From the NCBI RefSeq assembly GCF_963921235.1, contig NC_086107.1, positions 97,590,001 to 97,654,000 on the forward strand: 64,000 nt of DNA, written 5' to 3'. Both the position numbers and the translations under genes were made by a program. The notes under the pieces are model-generated. The model saw only the letters and a program-made list of their open reading frames with translations. It was not told the origin of the DNA and did no database searches. The stretch is from Mobula hypostoma (taxonomy: Eukaryota). Positions within the stretch are counted from its first letter, which is position 1. Every line of letters begins with the position of its first letter. Below, in pieces: positions 57,850 to 64,000 of this stretch.

Positions 57850-60800
57850 CAGTGGCCAAAAAAAAAGAAGTGAGATGTAAGCAGAGCGGCCTTTGTAGGA
57901 GCGGACATTGCTGGAGTGGATATTGTTGGAGTGGACAGTGTTAGAGTAGTCAGGATTTGGCTCAACAGACTTAGATGAGAACAGGCTTGGGCAAACACAG
58001 ACGGAGGTTCTAAGTAAGTTTCTATTAAGTTTATTCTTGTTAGTACATAGCTAGTGCACTGAGAATGGGCCCAGGGTTGGTGGTATGTTCCTTGTGTAAG
58101 ATGTGGGAACTTTGGGAGACTTTCAGTCTCCCTGATAACTCTATCTGCATGAAATGCACCGAGCTGCAACTCCTTAGAGGCCGTGTTAAGGAACTGGAGC
58201 TGCAGCTAGATGGCCTATGGGTCACGGGAGAAAATGAGGAGGTGATAGGAGCTACAGGGAGATGGTCACCCCTAAGTTACAAGAGGCAAGTACCTGGGTG
58301 ACTGTCAATAGAGGGAAAGGGAATAGGCAGCCAACACAGAGTAACCCCGTGGCCGTTCTACTTTTGGGGAAGATGACCTAACAGCTGGAAGCCTCAATGA
58401 CCTGATCACTGATACTGGGTCTGGTTCAGTGGCTCAGAAGGTGGAGAAGAGGAGTGCTGTAGTGATATGGGATTCCATAGTTAGAGAAGCAGTCAGCAGA
58501 CTCTGAGGACATGAAAGAAACACTCGGATGGCATGTTGCCTCCCAGGTGACAGAGTCAGGGGCATCTTGGATTGGGTCTACAGCATTCTAAAGAGCAAAG
58601 GTCAACAGCCAGAAGTCATGGTACATTTTGGTACCGATGACATAGGCAAGAAAAGGGAGGAGATCCAAAAGAGAGAATATAGGGATTTAGGTAGAAAGCT
58701 AAAAAGCAGGACCTTCAGGGTAGTAATCTCTGGATTGCTGCCTGTGCCACGCGCCAGTGAGGGTAAGAATAGGATGATAGGCAGACGAATGTGTGGCTGA
58801 GGAACTGGTGCAGGGGGAGGGTTTCAGATTTCCGGATCATTGGGATCTCCTCTGGGGAAGGTGTGATCTGTACAAAAGGGACGGGTTACGCCTGAACTGA
58901 GGGGAGACCAATATCTTTGTGGACAGGTTTACTAGAGCTGCTGGGAAGGGTTTAAACTAACTTGACAGGGATGGGAATCGGAGTGATAAGGCTGAGGATT
59001 GGGCAGTTGGTATACAAGTCAATGCAGTGTATAGTGAGACTGTGAGGATGGACAGGCAAATGATAAGACAAAATTGCAGTCAGTGGGATGAGTTAAAGTG
59101 TAACCAGGGGCCAAAATCTAAAGGGTGATGAATACAGGACTGAAGGTGTTATATCTGAATGCACACAGTATATCGAATAAGGTAGATGATCTTGTGGCGC
59201 AGTTAGAGATTGGCAGGTATGATGTTTGGGCATCTCTGAGTCATGGCTGAAAGAAGATCATAGTTGGGAGCTTAACATCCAAAGATACACATTGTATTGA
59301 AAGGACAGACAGGTAGGCAGAGGGGGTGGGGTGGCTCTGTTGGTAAAAAAAAATGAAATGAAATCCTTAGAAAGAGGTGACATAGGATTGGAAGATGCAG
59401 AATCCTTGTGGAACTGCAAGGGTAAGAAGACCCTGATGGGAGTTGAATACAGTGGTCAGGATGTAGACTACAAATTACAATGGGAGATAGAAAAGGCATG
59501 CAAAAAGGACAGTTTTGTGATAGTATGGGGGCATTTGAATATGCAGGTAGATTGGAAAAATTGGGTTGGTGTTGGATCCCAAGAAAGGGAAATTGTAGAA
59601 TACCTACGAGTTGTCTTTTTAGAGCAGCTTGTGGTTGAATCGTCTAGGAGAACAGAAATTCTGGATTGTGTGTTATGTCATTACCCAAATTTAATTAGGG
59701 AGCTTAAGGTAAAAGAACCCTGAGGAGACAGTAATCATGATAGAATTCACCCTGAAGTCTGAGAAGGAGAAGCTAAAATCAGATGTATTAGCATTACAGA
59801 GCATTACAGAGGCACGAGAGAGTTGATTAGAAGGGAACACTAACAGGGATAATGGCAGAACAGCAGTGGCTGGTGTTTCTGGGGAAAATTTGGAAGGTGC
59901 AGGAAAGATACATCCCAAAAATGAGGAAGTATTCTAAAGGGAGAATGAGACAACTATGGCTGACAAGGGAAGTCAAAGACAGCATAAAAGTGAAAGAGAG
60001 GGCATATAAAATAGCAAAAATTAGTGAGAAGTTAGAGGATTGGGAAATTTTTTAAACCAGTAGAAGGCAACAAAAAAAAAGCAATAAAGAGAGAAAAGGT
60101 GAAATATGAAGGTAAGCTTGTAGGGTAACATAATTGGGAGAAATGTACATAATTCATGTTGGGGTTTCACTTTAAGAGGCTAGTGACATTGTTATGTAAG
60201 GATTTTATTGCACGTTTGTGGTTAGGTTTTGAAGTTCCATAAAATGTGTTCCGAGTTTCATTGAACATAAAATGCCTCATTTTGTTTTACTTGTGAAAAC
60301 CTACATTAGAGACCCTAATACTTTAGAAGAATTCCAGAGGTATTGAACATGTTGGCTAATGCAGTCGCTTTGAAACTGCCGGAGTTTTGGGAGCAAAATA
60401 CCGTCGCTTGGTTCGTACAAGCTGAGGCCTGGTTTGTTCTGCAAGAAATTTTCTCTGACTGTACCAAATTCTACTATGTGGCTGGGTTGCTCAACAACTC
60501 CATGGCTGTGAGAGTGGTGAGTCTGCTTGAACACCCGGCTGTCCGTGATAAATGTCGATCACTGTAAACTCACCTTTTAGAGACTTTTGAACTATCGGAG
60601 TCTGAACGCACCAGGCAGTTGCTGTCCTTGCCCGGTCTTGGCAATGCTAGGCCTTCAGAGCTAAAGGACCACACTTCCCCTGGGAAATCACCTTCCTTGT
60701 ATAATTTTTAAAGAACTTTTCATGCAGCAAGTGCCTGATCCAGTTCGTAAAGCCTTCACTAATGCATCCGGAAGTGACTATGGCGAACTCGCTAAAATAG

Positions 60801-62810
60801 CTGATAGTCTACATTCAGCTAGGCAGTGGTGTGTTATGGCTCCTCCCTTCTCTGCCTCAGGAAGTCCATTCAGCAAGGCCCCCAACATAAGGATGCCTGC
60901 AGCTGCCAAGCAGACAACACTGGGCCTGTGTTTCTACCACACTCGCTTTGGTATGAACACCAGGAAGTGCCAACCACCTTGCAGCTTCGACAGTGCCAGT
61001 GTCTCAGGACATCAAAGGTTTGTGAACACCCCGGGTTCCAGCTGCCAGGGTCACCTACTGTTCATTAAGGACACCCTTTCAGGGTGGCGCTTCTTGTGTG
61101 ACGTGGGTGTGCTGCCGGCGTTAGGGGTGTCTTTCTGTTGAGGGCCTTGCTGACCGGGCTTATTGAGGTAGAGAAAAGGGACCAATGATGGACCACTGCC
61201 TAGCCGAGTGTAGACTATCAGCCATTTTAGCGAAGCCATTCTTGGGTGCATTGGTGAGGGCTACGCAAACTGGATCAGGAAATTTGCTGCTTGGAGAGCT
61301 CTTTAAAAGTAAAACAAGGATAGTGATTTCTCGCAGAGTGAACCGGGCCTCAGCTTACGCAAACCAAGTGATAGCATTTCGCTCCCAAAACTCCAGTAGT
61401 TTCAAAGTGACTGCATTGGCCGACATATTCAGTAACACTGGAATCGCCCTAGAGTATTGGGGTCACCAAAGTAGGTTATCGCAAATCAAATGAAGTGAGT
61501 GGTTTACGTTTGAAGTAACCCATAACACATTTTATGGAAGTCCAAAACCTAAACACTAAAGTGCATGAAAAATCCGTACATAACAATGTCATCATGCCAA
61601 CCTCTTAAAGTCAAACACCAATTCAATGTTGGTGATTGTAAATTATGTACATTTTTTACAATTATGTTACCCTACAGTATTACAGGACTGATTCTGGCAT
61701 GGATAGAAAATTAGCTGACTGGCAGGAGGTAAAGGGTGGGAATAAAGGGAGCCTTTTCTGGTTTGATGCCAGTGACTAGTGGGTCCTTTCCACAGGAGTT
61801 TGGGTTGGAACCATTTCTTTTCACGTTATATGTCAATGACTTGAATGAATGAATTGATGGCTTTGTGGCCAAGTTTGTGGACGATATGAAAGTAAGTTGA
61901 GGGACAGGCAGTGCTGAGGAAGCAGGATGTCTGCAGAAGGACTTAGACAGATTGGGAGAATGGACAAAGAAGTGGCAGTTGGAATACAGTGCAGGGAAGT
62001 GTATGGTCATGCATTTTGATAGAATGAATAAAGGCATAGACTATTTTCTAAATTGAGAGAAAATTCAAAATTCAGAAGTGCAAAGGGACTTGGGATTCCT
62101 TGTACAGGAATTCCCTAAAGGTTAACTTGCAGGTTGAGTCGGTGGTAAGGAAGGCAAATGCAATGTTAGCATTCATTTTGAGAGGAATAGAATACAAAAG
62201 CAAGGATGTAATGCAGAACTTTATAACGCATTGGTCAGATTGCACTTGGAGTATTGTGAGCAGTTTTAGGCTCCTTACCTAAGAAAAGATGTGCTGGCTT
62301 TGCAGAGGGTCCAGAGGAGATTCACAAGAATGACCCCAGGACTGGAAGTGTTAACATATGAGGGACCTTTGATGGCTCTGGGCCTGTACTCACTGGAGCT
62401 TAGAAGAATGAGGAGGGGATCTGATTGAAACCATTGAATATCAAAAGGCCTAGATAGAGCGGATATGGAGAGGATGTTTCCTACACTGGGGGAGTCTAGC
62501 ACCAGAGGGCACAGCCTCAGAATAGAGAGGCATCAATCTGAGCAGAGATGAGGAGGAGATTTTTAGCCAGAGGGTGGTGAAACTGTAGAATTCATTGCCA
62601 AAGATGGCTGTGCAGGCCAAGTCATTGGATATATTTAAGAGAGAGGCTGATAGTTTCTTGATTAACCTAGGCATCAAAGGTTATGGAGAGAAGACAGGAG
62701 AAAGGGGTTGAGGAGGATTTTAAACCAACTACGATGGAATGGTGGAGAGAATTCAATGGGCTGAATGTCCTAATACTGCTCCTATGTCTTGTGGTCTTAT
62801 GGTCTAATGC
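57850..62810 (+). mobile_element. Long decayed CR1 LINE: ORF1 (Zn finger, coiled coil, SGNH esterase), ORF2 APE, RT C-half and tail; interrupted at 60119-61676
   Basis: CSLC..CMKC..LLRGRVKELELQLD; DSIVR, CCLPG, VHFGTDDIG, SGLLP; LYLNAHSISNKVDDL; KFVDD; tail cctatgtcttgtggtcttatggtct. Confidence 0.88.
60119..61676. mobile_element. Inverted dimer of two Gypsy 5' halves (LTR-PBS-gag, then gag-PBS-LTR reversed)
   Basis: Termini TGTAGGGTAACATAATT / AATTATGTTACCCTACA; + gag from ATG 60349 (NAVALKLPEFW..WFVQAEA; CFYH.RFG..KC..PC); - gag from ATG 61426 (MSANAVTLKLLEFWERNAITWF); PBS TGGTGACCCC on - at about 61459-61468. Confidence 0.88.
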
Positions 62811-63799
62811 AATGGACTCTCGACCTCACAATCTACCTCATTGTGACCTTGTACTTTATTGTCCATCTGCACTGCATTTCCTAACACATCATTCTGCACT
62901 TTGTAATTGTTTTACCCTGTACTACCTCAAAGCACTGTTGTAATCTGATCTGTTTGAATGTTGTGCAAGACATGTTTTTAACCGTATGTCACCACATGTG
63001 ACCATAATATATCAATTTACTGATTTAATTATTCTTTGTCCCATCTAAGGAATGCCTTCTTAGTCATATTATCTACCTGGACTGCCTCTTTCATGGATCT
63101 TTGGACTTATACAGCAAGATCCTCCCATTCCTCGATGCTCCTGAAGATTCACGAGTAGTCCAGCCTCATTAGTAATCAGGATTCCTACAATCAGGATTAA
63201 ACTTCATAGAAGTTTTCCTGGCTCACTCAACTTCACCCACCCCATCGCTGAGCTGTTCCCACGATCTACAGACTCATTTTCAAGGACTCTTCATCTCATG
63301 TTCTCGATATTTATCGCTTATTTATTAATTATTATTATTTCTTTTTCTCTCTCGCCTTTTGTATTTGCACAGTTTGTTGTCTTTTGCACACTAGGTGTCT
63401 GCTCTATTGGGTGTGGTCTTTCATTGATTCTATTATGGTTGTTGGATTTATTGATATGCCCACAAGAAAACACATCTCAGGTCGTATATGGTGATTATAG
63501 TTAGTATTATTGATAATAAATTTACTTTGAACACCAATATATCAATAACTTCAGATGACCCTCCACACTGTCAACGACTCCTCCAATCTTCATGTATTCT
63601 GTGAACCTATAGTCTTGATGTGTGCTAGCAATATTGGAATCCAAGTGCAGAGGAAAGACAGACTCCAATATAGAGCCGGTGATGAGAGTTTATTCATAAT
63701 AATCCCAAAAGAACATCAGTGGCTCGGCCAAGAGATACGCGTAAATTAACATTCTCAAAACTAGGACCCTGAGATTAGTACTAATCAGGCGTCCACTTA

Positions 63800-64000
63800 G
63801 GTAGTACAAGTAACACAGATGAAGTGGAAATTCTGGACCAAACCTCAATCCATGAAGGATGCTCAACAATTGTGGCAGGGCTTGAATACCATCACCTGTT
63901 ATAAAGTTAAATCAAGCGACATGGGAGACAACAGGGCTTTGCTTCCAGATGAGCTCAATGCCTTCTCTGCTCGCTTTGACCATCAAAACACGGAGGAACC
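63800..64000 (+). mobile_element. Rex1/Babar LINE ORF fragment running off the window
   Basis: QLWQGLNTITCYK..LPDELNAFSARFD. Confidence 0.75.

Noticed and set aside
58065..58960. Zinc-finger or SGNH esterase host gene
   Set aside because: It is the disrupted ORF1 of a CR1 LINE, directly followed by the APE domain of ORF2
63540..63780. Further exon of the candidate minus-strand gene
   Set aside because: Contains a CR1-like RT remnant (KIGGVVDSVEG) and no convincing splice pair
1..64000. The many 60-150 aa ORFs in the track, and any prokaryotic operon or defence system
   Set aside because: They are repeat-derived, antisense or chance frames; the window is spliced vertebrate DNA with no bacterial gene structure

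Overview
Eukaryotic, intron-rich and transposon-dense vertebrate DNA. The repeat repertoire (CR1/HER1-type LINEs, HE1-like SINEs, Rex1, Penelope) suggests a cartilaginous fish, probably a ray; this is inference. One complete protein-coding gene is supported: SLC25A17 (peroxisomal carrier PMP34), 9 coding exons on + from 5272 to 28310, 960 nt, 319 aa, all introns GT-AG and phase-compatible, with a CCAAT/GC-box promoter. A young, 5'-truncated RNase H-bearing I/Nimb-type LINE (10-bp TSD) sits directly upstream of that promoter. The rest is nested mobile DNA: a Gmr1-like Gypsy element (integrase before RT), an unusual inverted dimer of two Gypsy 5' halves, Penelope elements with inverted arms, TSDs and minimal hammerhead ribozyme motifs, hAT and Tc1 composite MITEs, and R4/Dong, RTE, Tx1, L1, Rex1 and CR1 fragments. 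There is weak evidence for the 3' end of a second, unidentified gene on the minus strand near 54.8-63.2 kb. All family assignments come from motif recognition by eye, not from database searches.
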